A DNA stretch of 32,000 nt from Nostoc punctiforme PCC 73102 (GCF_000020025.1 NC_010628.1:4020001-4052000), one strand, 5' to 3'. Positions 19,202 to 28,232 are shown, numbered from the stretch's first letter. Notes: generated from the letters alone by a model not told the origin. A program made the numbers and translations.

Positions 19202-19732
19202 ATGAAAGCAGATCAATTCCTGAAAAACTATGCCGCAGGTGTCAGAGACTTTACTGGTGTCAACTTAAGCGAGGCAAACTTAAGGGAAGCCAATCTCAGT
19301 GATGTAATTTTAGATAGAGCTATTTTAGATGGAGCTAATCTGAGTCATGCTAATCTAGCCCAGTCCAGTTTGATTGAAGCAGACTTAAATGGAGCCGATT
19401 TGACTAATGCTAACCTCAGTGGTAGCAACTTAAGCGGAGCTATTTTGGATGGAGCTATCTTGGATGGAGCAGCAATGGAAGGAGCTAATTTGAGTCAAGC
19501 TGATTTGACAGTTGCTAAGTTGATTGAAACTAACTTGAGTGAGGCGGATTTGCAGGAAGCAAGCTTGATAGCGGCGAATCTAGATGGAGCCGATTTGAGT
19601 GGTGCAGACTTAACTGTAGCCGACTTATCCCAGGCAAATCTCACCCAAGCAGATTTGAACCAGACAAATTTGAGTGGAGCAAATTTGGATGGAGCTAATA
19701 TAGAAGGAACCATTCTAGATGAGAATGCTTAA
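19202..19732 (+). CDS. Pentapeptide-repeat protein
   Basis: 176 aa made almost entirely of A(D/N)LxX pentads (ANLSEANLREANLSDVILDRAILDGANLSHANL...). Confidence 0.93.
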   Translation: MKADQFLKNYAAGVRDFTGVNLSEANLREANLSDVILDRAILDGANLSHANLAQSSLIEADLNGADLTNANLSGSNLSGAILDGAILDGAAMEGANLSQADLTVAKLIETNLSEADLQEASLIAANLDGADLSGADLTVADLSQANLTQADLNQTNLSGANLDGANIEGTILDENA

Positions 19733-19780
19733 ATCTAATATCTTTAACATGGCTCATAATGTGAAAAATAATTAGCAAAG

Positions 19781-19808
19781 TAGACAATGGGCTTAGGCCC
19801 ATTGTCTA
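19781..19808 (+). terminator. Perfect 12-bp stem / 4-nt loop hairpin downstream of the pentapeptide gene (terminator-like, no U-tract)
   Basis: TAGACAATGGGC-TTAG-GCCCATTGTCTA lies 49 nt after the stop. It is followed by AAAAGC rather than a T run, so function as an intrinsic terminator is uncertain. Confidence 0.35.
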
Positions 19809-20017
19809 AAAGCGATCAAATGTCCGCTACAGTGTACTAGTTAGTTTATTGCTATTGTCTTGACTGGTGGAGCATCACAACTCTTTTATGGAAAATTATC
19901 CAGCCACAATTAACAAATGTGTATGTGCGATACTTATGCACATTTATGATAAATCAATCCAGCTTCAGACTGGATAATAGCTAGAGACTTTTTTGAGATG
20001 GAATGTTTTCTTGATTT

Positions 20018-20227
20018 TTAACTTACCAAATCAACTAAAGCGTTCGATTGGAAGCGGACTATAGATGAAACTGAGCAACCGCGATAATTCTCAGAGGTGA
20101 ATACTGATAGTGTGATATTAGCTTGACCAGGATCTAATATGCGTTTTACCTTGCAGGTTTGCATTTTGTTGTTGCAGTAAGCAATAATGCGATCGCCAGC
20201 CTTGACATCCAACGCTTGAATTTTCAC
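20018..20227 (-). CDS. Hypothetical small protein (69 aa)
   Basis: GTG-initiated ORF with GAGG ~10 nt upstream. Composition is beta-rich. No family recognised. Confidence 0.35.
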   Translation of the reverse strand: MKIQALDVKAGDRIIAYCNNKMQTCKVKRILDPGQANITLSVFTSENYRGCSVSSIVRFQSNALVDLVS

Positions 20228-20730
20228 TTAATATCAACCTCGCCCAAGATTTTGCCTAGCTAAAGAAAATATATTGCTATATTTTACTTGCTCAACAATT
20301 TAAATATTTATTTAAGTATAACATAAAAACTAAGGGTTTTAAATGCTATCAATTTAATCTTGATAATGTCAAGTTTATTCATGCTCAAAACTCTATTAAA
20401 TGCTGGATTTTCAGAAAATAAGGATAAATACCGACCTTTTCGCACCATTTGGTACCGCACGGCATAAGCAGGACTTACACATTGTACACATTGGAAACCT
20501 GAAACCTTGTTCGCGTAGCGTGCGCTTCGCGCCTTTCCTAAAAAAGCTTGATTTTCTGTTATTTCGTTCTCATATTCTGTATGGGAACTAGCAAAACCTC
20601 AATTAGTAAGACTTGGATTGAAAATTCAGATGGTGGTAAATCTCCACTTTGCTCTAAATTTTTGCGAGTAAGATTTTTTCTTTTGATGTTTTTGTTACAA
20701 TTATTGAAATTTTTACCTAAAAATACCACT

Positions 20731-21780
20731 ATGGCTTTATATGCTGAATTACATAGACATCTAGGCGGTTCCGTCGTACCGCGAGTTCTATGGCGATATT
20801 TCGAGCGACATTCTTCGGAGTTGATTTCCCGCTTTGCTGACTATTCACAATTTGAAGATTTTTACACCCGTCCACGCAACACCCTGGATGAGTATCTAGA
20901 ATTACACACCCTGGTCGAAAGTGTGCAAACTGTGGAGACTTTGCCTTACTTTATCTATCGCTTGGTGCGGGGTGCTTACATTTTTGAAAATTTGGCTTAT
21001 CTGGAACTGCGCTACACTCCCTATTTACGGACACCTGAGCATCTAAATCAATCACAGAGAATTGACAAGATGGCAGAAATTGTGCAAGTAGCAGGTCTTG
21101 CTAGCCACCAGCCAGAATATCCGATTGTTACTAGCCAAATTCTCTGTATGCACACGCGCCTACCTTATGAGGTGAACAAGGCGATTGTTGATTTGGCGGC
21201 GCAAAATAAGCAGTATGTCTGTGCAGTAGATGTCGCAGGGGGTGATAGCTATTATGCCGATCGCTTAGAAGAATGGATTAGCTTATATGATTATGCGCGA
21301 TCGCTAGGCGTTAAAACCACGGGACATCTATATGAAACCACCGCAGGTTGTTACCCCGAACTGTTACCCTATCTTATGCGAATCGGCCACGGTATTCAAA
21401 TCCCCCTACTATATCCAGAGTTACTTAATGATGTAGCTAAACGCGGACAGTGTTTAGAGGTTTGCCCCACAACTTACTTAAAAACTGGTACTTTGCAGGA
21501 TATACGTCAACTCAAATTAGTTTTTGACCGTTGTTTTGATGCTGGGGTAGATATTGCTATCTGTACTGATAATGCTGGGTTGCACAATGTACGTCTACCG
21601 TTTGAGTATGAAAATCTCTTAACTTACGACATTATCAGTTTTAAACAACTACAAGCTTGTCAGGATGCCGCTTTCCGTCATGCTTTCGCTTGGCCTTACA
21701 GTGAACGTCCTGCATCTTTGTTGAACGATTTGCTCAAACCCGAACTACCGAAAGTTTTGGCAATCAGGGATAGTAATTAA
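20731..21780 (+). CDS. Adenosine/adenine-deaminase-family metallo-hydrolase (diverged motifs)
   Basis: From the internal ATG at 20731 the protein reads MALYAELHRHLGGSV..., the ADA-type HxH metal motif. A late ICTDNAG motif occupies the position of the canonical TDDP. The 61 upstream codons of the ORF track (20548-20730) are low-complexity and cover dispersed repeats, so they are probably not translated. Confidence 0.8.
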   Translation: MALYAELHRHLGGSVVPRVLWRYFERHSSELISRFADYSQFEDFYTRPRNTLDEYLELHTLVESVQTVETLPYFIYRLVRGAYIFENLAYLELRYTPYLRTPEHLNQSQRIDKMAEIVQVAGLASHQPEYPIVTSQILCMHTRLPYEVNKAIVDLAAQNKQYVCAVDVAGGDSYYADRLEEWISLYDYARSLGVKTTGHLYETTAGCYPELLPYLMRIGHGIQIPLLYPELLNDVAKRGQCLEVCPTTYLKTGTLQDIRQLKLVFDRCFDAGVDIAICTDNAGLHNVRLPFEYENLLTYDIISFKQLQACQDAAFRHAFAWPYSERPASLLNDLLKPELPKVLAIRDSN

Positions 21781-21998
21781 CGATTAGTAAGTACAACTTG
21801 GCGTACTTCGTAATTCCTATACAGCAAGCACTTTTTTGATTTGAAAGGGTAGTTGAATTTACGCCGTGCTTCACTAGAAGTAAAAGAAAGTCAAGTGATT
21901 TAATATTAATTCATGTTACAATCAGTGATTTTTTTTGATGGTGTAGAGAAAGCTGTAATGCACAGTACATATCTTCTAAAAATCAGTATTTTAGAAAA

Positions 21999-22066
21999 TA
22001 AACCACAGATACACGCAGATAATTTATCGGTGTTTATCTGTGGTTTCGTTTTCGCTGATTTGGATT
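21999..22066. repeat. 68-bp dispersed hairpin repeat, copy A (3' of the PEP-CTERM gene)
   Basis: The sequence is TAAACCACAGATACACGCAGATAATTTATCGGTGTTTATCTGTGGTTTCGTTTTCGCTGATTTGGATT. It has an internal 12-bp stem (AAACCACAGATA / TATCTGTGGTTT) and is ~85% identical to 23033-23100 in the same orientation. Confidence 0.8.
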
Positions 22067-22124
22067 TTTGCTCAACGTATTCCACTAATAATATTTTGTT
22101 AATATATTTTGGGAATCCTCTAAT

Positions 22125-22787
22125 TCATCTAGTACCTAAAAAGTAACGTCGCCGTAACATCAAACCGATCCCAATAACACATATACCGAGCAGCGTTGCG
22201 TTAGTTCGTGGTTCTGGAGTTTTCTGTGGTGTCTGAAAGGAACCATTCAAAAAAGCTTGACCTTTCAAGAGAGCAGTTGGATCTTGATCGAGTGATTCAA
22301 TTTCAGAGAAGTTAAATATGCCTGTAGCACCGATGAATCTACCTGTACCACCAGTGATTGTTATGGTACCAAAACCGACTAATTGGCGGTTGATAAAGTC
22401 AAATGAAGCAGTAGCGCTACTGCTGCCAAATAATTTGTCTTCGCCACTACCAAAAAACTCATCTCTGCCGATTGGTAAGCCTTGTAAACCAAATTTTGCT
22501 GCATCTTGAAAGAATAAGAGATTACCAGTATTAGGATCAGTTCGGCTGTAGTTATTTATGCTTAAAAAGTTATTTAAACCGTAAGGAGCATCAGAATTAA
22601 AGCCTGAGACAAATGCTGTTGATACGTCGGTAGATGGTATAGGTGTGAGAGTAACTTCTGTGTCGTATACTACATCGAATGGATAAATAGTCTGGGCGAT
22701 CGCTTTTGCCGTACTCGCACCGACGCTAACTAAAGAAAAAACTAGCGGAACAAGACATATATTTAAACTATGCGATCGCAGTGCCAT
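22125..22787 (-). CDS. PEP-CTERM sorting-domain secreted protein
   Basis: It has an N-terminal signal peptide (..VFSLVSVGASTAKA). The C-terminus reads TPEPRTNATLLGICVIGIGLMLRRR, which is the PEP motif, a TM helix and a basic tail. Confidence 0.85.
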   Translation of the reverse strand: MALRSHSLNICLVPLVFSLVSVGASTAKAIAQTIYPFDVVYDTEVTLTPIPSTDVSTAFVSGFNSDAPYGLNNFLSINNYSRTDPNTGNLLFFQDAAKFGLQGLPIGRDEFFGSGEDKLFGSSSATASFDFINRQLVGFGTITITGGTGRFIGATGIFNFSEIESLDQDPTALLKGQAFLNGSFQTPQKTPEPRTNATLLGICVIGIGLMLRRRYFLGTR

Positions 22788-23032
22788 TTGAAGAACTCTA
22801 CTATATAAAAAATATTGAAGAGCATTTCCAGCCAGAGGCTGGAAACGAGCTTTTAAAGGCGTTCGTGGTTAAGTCAACACCAATAAGCAATGCGTACCCC
22901 TACAGTGCAGATCTATTTATTCCAGAATGATTAATCAAAGTAGGAAACAACCTATTTTGGTAAACTCATACCATGATTAATTTGTACAGTGCCTAAGCCC
23001 TAATCTCTTGCAAAAGTTAATGTTTTAGGGAT

Positions 23033-23100
23033 TAAACCGCAGATGCACGCAGATAATTCATCGCTGTTTATCTGTGCTTTCCTTTTTGCTGATTCAGATT
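23033..23100. repeat. 68-bp dispersed hairpin repeat, copy B (5' of the PEP-CTERM gene)
   Basis: The sequence is TAAACCGCAGATGCACGCAGATAATTCATCGCTGTTTATCTGTGCTTTCCTTTTTGCTGATTCAGATT. It aligns without gaps to 21999-22066. Confidence 0.8.
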
Positions 23101-23182
23101 ATTCTTAGAAATCTAATGTGCAGTACAAAAAACCAGCAATGATGGAATAAATAGACTTACGATTGGGATATTCGGGGTAAGT

Positions 23183-23518
23183 TTAAGCACCAACACCTTC
23201 TGTCGCACCACCGATTGAAATCCAAGCTGCAAGACCACCTTTGATTTCTGCTACCTCAGCAAACCCTTGTCCCCTGAGAATTTGTGCAGCCTGGGTTGTA
23301 TGTTCGTCACTGTCGCCATAGATATAAATATGGCGTTCTTTATGTAGAGCAGATTTGGCTTTAGATACCAAATCGTTTAATGGGATGGGTATTGCTCCAC
23401 TAATTCGACCGTGATTGTAGGTGTGGCGATCGCGCACATCAACAATTGTAAAACCTGGTTGACCCCATTGCAAACGGGTCTTTAAATCATGGACATCAGC
23501 AACTAAACTATTACTCAT
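23183..23518 (-). CDS. Single-domain rhodanese-homology protein lacking the catalytic cysteine
   Basis: 111 aa with the rhodanese pattern (FTIVDVRD...Y..GRISGAIPIPL...IYIYGDSDEHTTQAAQILRGQGF..V..IKGGLAAW). The active-site loop reads YGDSDEH, and the protein contains no Cys at all. Confidence 0.85.
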   Translation of the reverse strand: MSNSLVADVHDLKTRLQWGQPGFTIVDVRDRHTYNHGRISGAIPIPLNDLVSKAKSALHKERHIYIYGDSDEHTTQAAQILRGQGFAEVAEIKGGLAAWISIGGATEGVGA

Positions 23519-23676
23519 AAGCTTTTCCTGCTTATAACCTCACAAGCAATTTATCAAAAATCGCCTTTTAATTGAGTTTTCAGTGTAATAAGTTAATAAT
23601 TTGCAACTAGCTAGCTGAAAATAATCTCTCATCTCTCCCTACTTCCCTTACCCCCAGAAGCTATAAACTATAATTT

Positions 23677-25383
23677 ATGGCATCTATTATTCAAGCTCTA
23701 CCAACAGAAGTCGTATATCTCATTACAGCTGGTGAGGTAATCGACTCTTTAGCCTCTGTGGTGCGGGAATTGGTAGAAAATTCCCTAGACGCAGGTGCAA
23801 CGCGAATTGTGGTTTCTTTATGGCCGCAGCAATGGCGAATTCGTGTCGCAGATAATGGTTGTGGAATGAACCTAGATGATTTGCAACAAGCAGCCACAGC
23901 CCACAGCACCAGTAAAATTCGCTCTAGTGCCGATTTATGGAAAATTAACAGTTTAGGGTTTCGTGGTGAGGCGTTACACAGCTTAACAACTCTGGCAGAT
24001 TTGGAAATTTTGAGTCGTCCTGTGGATGGAAAATTAGGATGGCGGATTAGCTATGGCAATGGTGGGAAAGTTGTGCAAGTTGAAGTAACTGCGATCGCAC
24101 CTGGTACAGTAGTGACAGTTTCCAATCTTTTCGGTAATTGCTCATCACGTCGTCAGGGATTGCCCACAACAGCACAGCAAATGAAAGCCGTGCAAGCCAC
24201 AATTTACCAAATCGCCTTATGTCATCCCCACGTCACCTGGCAGATTTGGCAAAATGACCGTCAATGGTTCACCATTTCTCCGGCTAGAACAACTGGGCAA
24301 TTGCTACCGCAGATTTTACCCCAAGTGCGACAAGGTGACTTGCAAGAAGTCAAACTCGAAATACCCAATCCTCCCCACTCCCCACTCCCTTGTACAAACG
24401 CGATTCATCGCGTCTCTCCCCACTCAGCACTCACTTTAGTGGTAGGATTACCCGATCGCTGTCATCGTCATCGTCCAGATTGGGTACGTGTAGCCATTAA
24501 TGGACGGATGGTTAAGACACCGGAACTAGAGCAAACGATATTATCAGCATTTCACAGAACATTACCACGCGATCGCTATCCAATTTGTTTCCTACATCTT
24601 GCCATTTCCCCCGATCAAATTAACTGGAATCGCAATCCAGCAAAAACAGAAATTTACCTCAATGAAATCATTTATTGGCAAGAGCAAATTACCCAAGCAA
24701 TTAACCAAGCGCTCAGTATCTCTTCTTCCAATCTCAAAGAAGCTGTTCACACAACACGAGTTAGTAAATTACTCAAAGCCGCAGAAGCCAAAGGCGGCTA
24801 CAATTTCAATCCTCAAAATCCCAAGGAAGATCGCAAAAATCCTAATTCCTTGAAGGCTGTCGCTCAAGTTAGCAACACCTATATTGTGGCTGAACATCCA
24901 GGTGGTATGTGGTTAGTAGAACAGCACATTGCCCACGAGCGAGTTTTATATGAGCAATTATGCGATGATTGGCAACTTGTCCCCGTCGAACCGCCAATCA
25001 TTCTTTATCAATTGTCGCTAGCGCAAGTATCGCAATTGCAACGCATAGGTTTAGACATAGAATCCTTTGGCGAGCAACTTTGGGCTGTCCGAAACATACC
25101 TGCACCTTTGCAACAGCGAGACGACTGTGCAGAAGCAATTTTAGAGCTTAGTTGGGGAGGCGATTTACAAACAGCCCAAGTAGCTGTCGCCTGTCGCAGT
25201 GCCATTCGTAATGGTACACCCATGAATCAACAAGAAATGCAGACACTTTTAGATAATTGGCAACGCACTCGCAACCCTCGCACCTGTCCCCACGGACGGC
25301 CAATTTATTTATCTTTAGAAGAATCAGCCTTAGCCCGGTTTTTCCGGCGTAATTGGGTAATTGGTAAAAGTCATGGAATTTGA
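23677..25383 (+). CDS. mutL: DNA mismatch repair protein MutL
   Basis: 568 aa. GHKL ATPase motifs are present (IDSLASVVRELVENSLDAGATRI, DNGCGM, LGFRGEAL). The C-terminal endonuclease-type region includes CPHGRP. Confidence 0.95.
   Translation: MASIIQALPTEVVYLITAGEVIDSLASVVRELVENSLDAGATRIVVSLWPQQWRIRVADNGCGMNLDDLQQAATAHSTSKIRSSADLWKINSLGFRGEALHSLTTLADLEILSRPVDGKLGWRISYGNGGKVVQVEVTAIAPGTVVTVSNLFGNCSSRRQGLPTTAQQMKAVQATIYQIALCHPHVTWQIWQNDRQWFTISPARTTGQLLPQILPQVRQGDLQEVKLEIPNPPHSPLPCTNAIHRVSPHSALTLVVGLPDRCHRHRPDWVRVAINGRMVKTPELEQTILSAFHRTLPRDRYPICFLHLAISPDQINWNRNPAKTEIYLNEIIYWQEQITQAINQALSISSSNLKEAVHTTRVSKLLKAAEAKGGYNFNPQNPKEDRKNPNSLKAVAQVSNTYIVAEHPGGMWLVEQHIAHERVLYEQLCDDWQLVPVEPPIILYQLSLAQVSQLQRIGLDIESFGEQLWAVRNIPAPLQQRDDCAEAILELSWGGDLQTAQVAVACRSAIRNGTPMNQQEMQTLLDNWQRTRNPRTCPHGRPIYLSLEESALARFFRRNWVIGKSHGI
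24371..24425. repeat. Mini-repeat insertion inside mutL, flanked by 10-bp direct repeats
   Basis: CTCCCCACTC occurs at 24371-24380 and again at 24416-24425, 45 bp apart (15 codons, in frame). The two copies bracket CCCACTCCCTTGTACAAACGCGATTCATCGCGTCT, which contains the palindrome ACGCGAT-TC-ATCGCGT. Confidence 0.6.
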
Positions 25384-25425
25384 TTTTAAATTTAACGCAA
25401 GCGCATGAAATTTTAATTAACTTAA

Positions 25426-25782
25426 CTATAAATCTTTTTCTAAACTGGAGTTAGCATACTCAATCAACCAGAAAATATTTTCTGGATAAGGATGATGCTC
25501 TCGATACTCATGTCCCAAACGTTGGACAATGGCAATATCTGGTTCTGGTTCCGAGTCGTTGGGTAAGGTGATAGGCTTGGCTTGGCGAATTTTAGCGCGT
25601 TCAGCCAATAACTTTGCTAGATACTCACCAGCTTCATCACTACAATAAGCATGGGGTTCTCCTTCCGGCGATATTTCGGCAATTTCCCCCTTAAGTAATT
25701 CAACTTTGCGATCGCTCAAAATACCAGCATCAATCATGCGGTGATACTCTTCAATCGTCCATTTAGCAACAATAAAAGTCAT
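25426..25782 (-). pseudogene. Uma2-family (DUF820) restriction-endonuclease-like protein, C-terminally truncated
   Basis: MTFIVAKWTIEEYHRMIDAGIL...VELLKGEI..ISPEGEPH...PDIAIV...LIEYANSSLEKDL matches the Uma2 pattern. It stops at 118 aa, before the usual K...Y..GIPEYW segment. The 3' end converges on the mutL stop. Confidence 0.6.
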
Positions 25783-26027
25783 GAGGATTGATTCCTCCCA
25801 ATAATTCTTGATATTTTACCATCTTAAATGGGCTTCAAAGGAAGCCGCTAGCGCCTCTGTATCCTTGTAGTCAAGATTGAGGCTATACTTAATTGGCAAA
25901 AAAATACAATCTAATTTCTATAAAAGCTATTAATTTTTATTGAAGTTTAATACTTATACCTTCGGGTAGAAGGAAAACACTATTGTAATTTCTAAGCTAG
26001 TAATTAAGTTTTTTGATGGATTAAATT

Positions 26028-26303
26028 ATGCTGAACATTATTGCTTGGATTATTCTGGGTTTAATTGCTGGAGCTATAGCAAAAGCTATTTATCCTGGTC
26101 GTCAAGGTGGTGGAATTGCTTCAACTATGGTTTTAGGTATCATAGGTGCTGTGATCGGGGGAATTTTAATTACTCTTTTAGAGACAGGGAGATTTCAATT
26201 AACTGCTGCAACCCTTAGTATCCCCGGTGTAATTGTTGCTGTAATTGGCGCAATAATTGCCATCTTTCTCTGGAACTTATTAGCTAATCGTGCCACTTAT
26301 TAG
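26028..26303 (+). CDS. GlsB/YeaQ/YmgE-family stress-response membrane protein
   Basis: 91 aa, Gly-rich, with three TM helices: IIAWIILGLIAGAIAKAIYPGRQGGGI..TMVLGIIGAVIGG. Confidence 0.9.
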   Translation: MLNIIAWIILGLIAGAIAKAIYPGRQGGGIASTMVLGIIGAVIGGILITLLETGRFQLTAATLSIPGVIVAVIGAIIAIFLWNLLANRATY

Positions 26304-26380
26304 TTGAATTAAATCTCTAAAAAAATCGTGGTTAAAAGCAATTTCTTAGGAATTCCCCCTTTCAGATTTTATGCAAATAC

Positions 26381-26411
26381 AAAAACTCCACTTCCTCAAG
26401 GTTAGTGGAGT
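26381..26411 (-). terminator. Rho-independent-type terminator downstream of the CsbD-like gene
   Basis: On the minus strand, a CTCCACT/AGTGGAG stem (26386-26392 / 26404-26410) is followed by TTTTTG. It lies ~60 nt after the stop at 26473. Confidence 0.5.
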
Positions 26412-26472
26412 AATTAATGTTAAAGTATCAGTAATGAATCATGGTTAGTGTTGCTGCACTGCAAAAACCAAA

Positions 26473-26655
26473 TTATTCTAAAGCTTTCTTAAGTTCATCT
26501 TTAATGTTTTCTACAGTGTGACCAACTTGGGCTTCAGCTTGCTTTGCTTGTCCTTCAGCTTTATCTTGTGGATTTCCAGTTATTTCACCCACAACCTCTT
26601 GGATTTTTCCTTCAATATTTTTTACAGTCGCTTCTACTCTTTTTTCGGTACTCAT
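26473..26655 (-). CDS. CsbD-family general stress protein
   Basis: 60 aa: VEATVKNIEGKIQEVVGEITGNPQDKAEGQAKQAEAQV. Confidence 0.9.
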   Translation of the reverse strand: MSTEKRVEATVKNIEGKIQEVVGEITGNPQDKAEGQAKQAEAQVGHTVENIKDELKKALE

Positions 26656-26835
26656 GGTTTTTATGTTTAGCTTGTAGTTGATTCAGCTATTACATAAACT
26701 AACAGTAATGTATTCTTTTTGACTTCCATCAACCGATAGAAGAATTCGGTCAATTATGTATCTTAAGATAGATACGGTGAGCTACAGAGTAAGCAAGTAA
26801 AAAAATCCGAATTCATAGAAATTTGCACTGTTCAC

Positions 26836-26864
26836 ATCCCCAGCTTCTTTGAGAAGTTGGGGAT
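26836..26864. repeat. Dispersed hairpin repeat (ATCCCCAGCTTCT-TTG-AGAAGTTGGGGAT)
   Basis: 13-bp stem with one G-T pair. It belongs to the same family as the hairpin at 28241-28273. Confidence 0.7.
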
Positions 26865-26958
26865 TTAACTTTTCACAAAGTATTTAGGACTGCTATATAC
26901 ATCTTCATAGAAGATTATAGAAGTCAAAGCAAATTTTCAATAAAAGGACAGAAAAGGA

Positions 26959-27837
26959 GTGGCAACAAAGCGTCAAAAAGATGTATGGATGAGTGAGATT
27001 AATGACATTATTCGGGGTGCTTGCGGAGGTTTTTTATTTGGCATCCCTTTACTGTACACAATGGAGGTTTGGTGGATTGGATCGCTGGCAAAACCACAAC
27101 TGATGATGATGGCGATCGCATTTATGTTTATCGTGGTGTACTTGCTCAATCAGACAGAAGGCTTTCGGAAACGCAGATATAGCTGGCTAGCTCTTCAAGC
27201 CGCAATGGATACCGTAGAAGCGATCGCGATCGGACTAGCTTGCTCTACCTTTGTGCTGCTACTATTGCGAGAATTGACACTAGAAACTTCTCTAAAAGAA
27301 TCTTTAGGTAAAATCATCTTTGAAAGTGTACCATTTGCTCTTGGTGTAGCATTAGCCAACCAGTTGTTGGGAGATAGTAGAAACAGCAATGGAAAAGGAC
27401 AAAAACCCGACAGCACAACCAGCAACAAAAAAGATGAGTTAAACGCCACCTTTGCCGATGTGGGTGGAACCCTAATTGGTGCAACCATAATCGCATTTAA
27501 CATCGCTCCAACAGATGAAATTACTATGCTTGCAGCCGCAGCCTCGCCACCTTGGGAGTTGGCAATGATCGCCACATCTTTACTAATTTCTTATGGCATT
27601 GTATTTCAAGCAGGCTTTTCTGACCAGCAAAAGCGAAGAGAGCAAAAGGGAATTTTCCAACGACCATCGAGCGAAACTATTATGTCTTACCTAGTGTCCC
27701 TCCTAGCAAGTGCTTTTATGCTGTGGTTCTTTCAAAAGTTAACTTTTAGCGATCCTTGGACAATGTGGTTAGATCGCACATTGATGCTGGGCTTACCTGC
27801 AACTATTGGCGGTGCAGCCGGCAGGTTAGCAATATGA
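26959..27837 (+). CDS. Polytopic (~7 TM) membrane protein of unknown function; possibly the TIGR02587/DUF2391-type family
   Basis: 292 aa with about 7 hydrophobic helices and an N-terminal GGFLFGIPLLYTMEVWWIG motif. The start is uncertain (GTG 26959 or ATG 26989). The stop overlaps the next gene's ATG (ATGA). The family name is from memory only. Confidence 0.75.
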   Translation: MATKRQKDVWMSEINDIIRGACGGFLFGIPLLYTMEVWWIGSLAKPQLMMMAIAFMFIVVYLLNQTEGFRKRRYSWLALQAAMDTVEAIAIGLACSTFVLLLLRELTLETSLKESLGKIIFESVPFALGVALANQLLGDSRNSNGKGQKPDSTTSNKKDELNATFADVGGTLIGATIIAFNIAPTDEITMLAAAASPPWELAMIATSLLISYGIVFQAGFSDQQKRREQKGIFQRPSSETIMSYLVSLLASAFMLWFFQKLTFSDPWTMWLDRTLMLGLPATIGGAAGRLAI

Positions 27838-28232
27838 CTCAAATAGAAGAACCACCAAAGCGCTCAATAGCTGAGTGGGTAACATTCAGCATCGCCTCAT
27901 TTATCCTAGCAATTATTGTAAGTTTAGTAGGTTACACTTGGCTGAACGAAAAGAATCAACCTCCCATTCTTTCTGTTACTAAAAAAGAAACAATTCGGGA
28001 AATTGATGGACAATTTTATGTTCCCTTTGAAGTTGTGAATAGTGGAGGAGATACAGCTGAGTCAGTTCAGATTATGGCTGAGTTAATGATTGATGGCAAA
28101 GTTACAGAAACAGGAGAGCAACAGATTGACTTTTTATCTAGTGGGGAAAGTGAAGAAGGCGCATTTATATTCACCAAAAACCCGCGTCAAGGTCAGTTAA
28201 ATTTACGTGTTGGTAGTTATAAATTGCCATAG
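27834..28232 (+). CDS. Single-TM protein with a beta-rich ectodomain, translationally coupled partner (possibly TIGR02588-type)
   Basis: The internal ATG at 27834 overlaps the upstream stop. One TM helix is present (WVTFSIASFILAIIVSLVGYTWL), followed by a ~100-aa soluble domain. The longer ORF-track start (27756) lies inside the upstream gene. Confidence 0.7.
   Translation: MTQIEEPPKRSIAEWVTFSIASFILAIIVSLVGYTWLNEKNQPPILSVTKKETIREIDGQFYVPFEVVNSGGDTAESVQIMAELMIDGKVTETGEQQIDFLSSGESEEGAFIFTKNPRQGQLNLRVGSYKLP

Noticed and set aside
20400-20730. ORF 20400-20591 and the 61-codon N-terminal extension of the deaminase ORF (20548-20730) were considered as coding.
   Set aside because: The region is made of dispersed repeat sequence (for example GCATAAGCAGGACTTACAC and GTTCGCGTAGCGTGCGCTTCGCGC) and low-complexity F/L-rich codons. 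The conserved deaminase sequence starts at the ATG at 20731.
21913-22146. ORF 21913-22146 (77 aa) was considered as a gene.
   Set aside because: It is translated through the 68-bp dispersed hairpin repeat and overlaps the 3' end of the PEP-CTERM gene. It has no SD or motifs.
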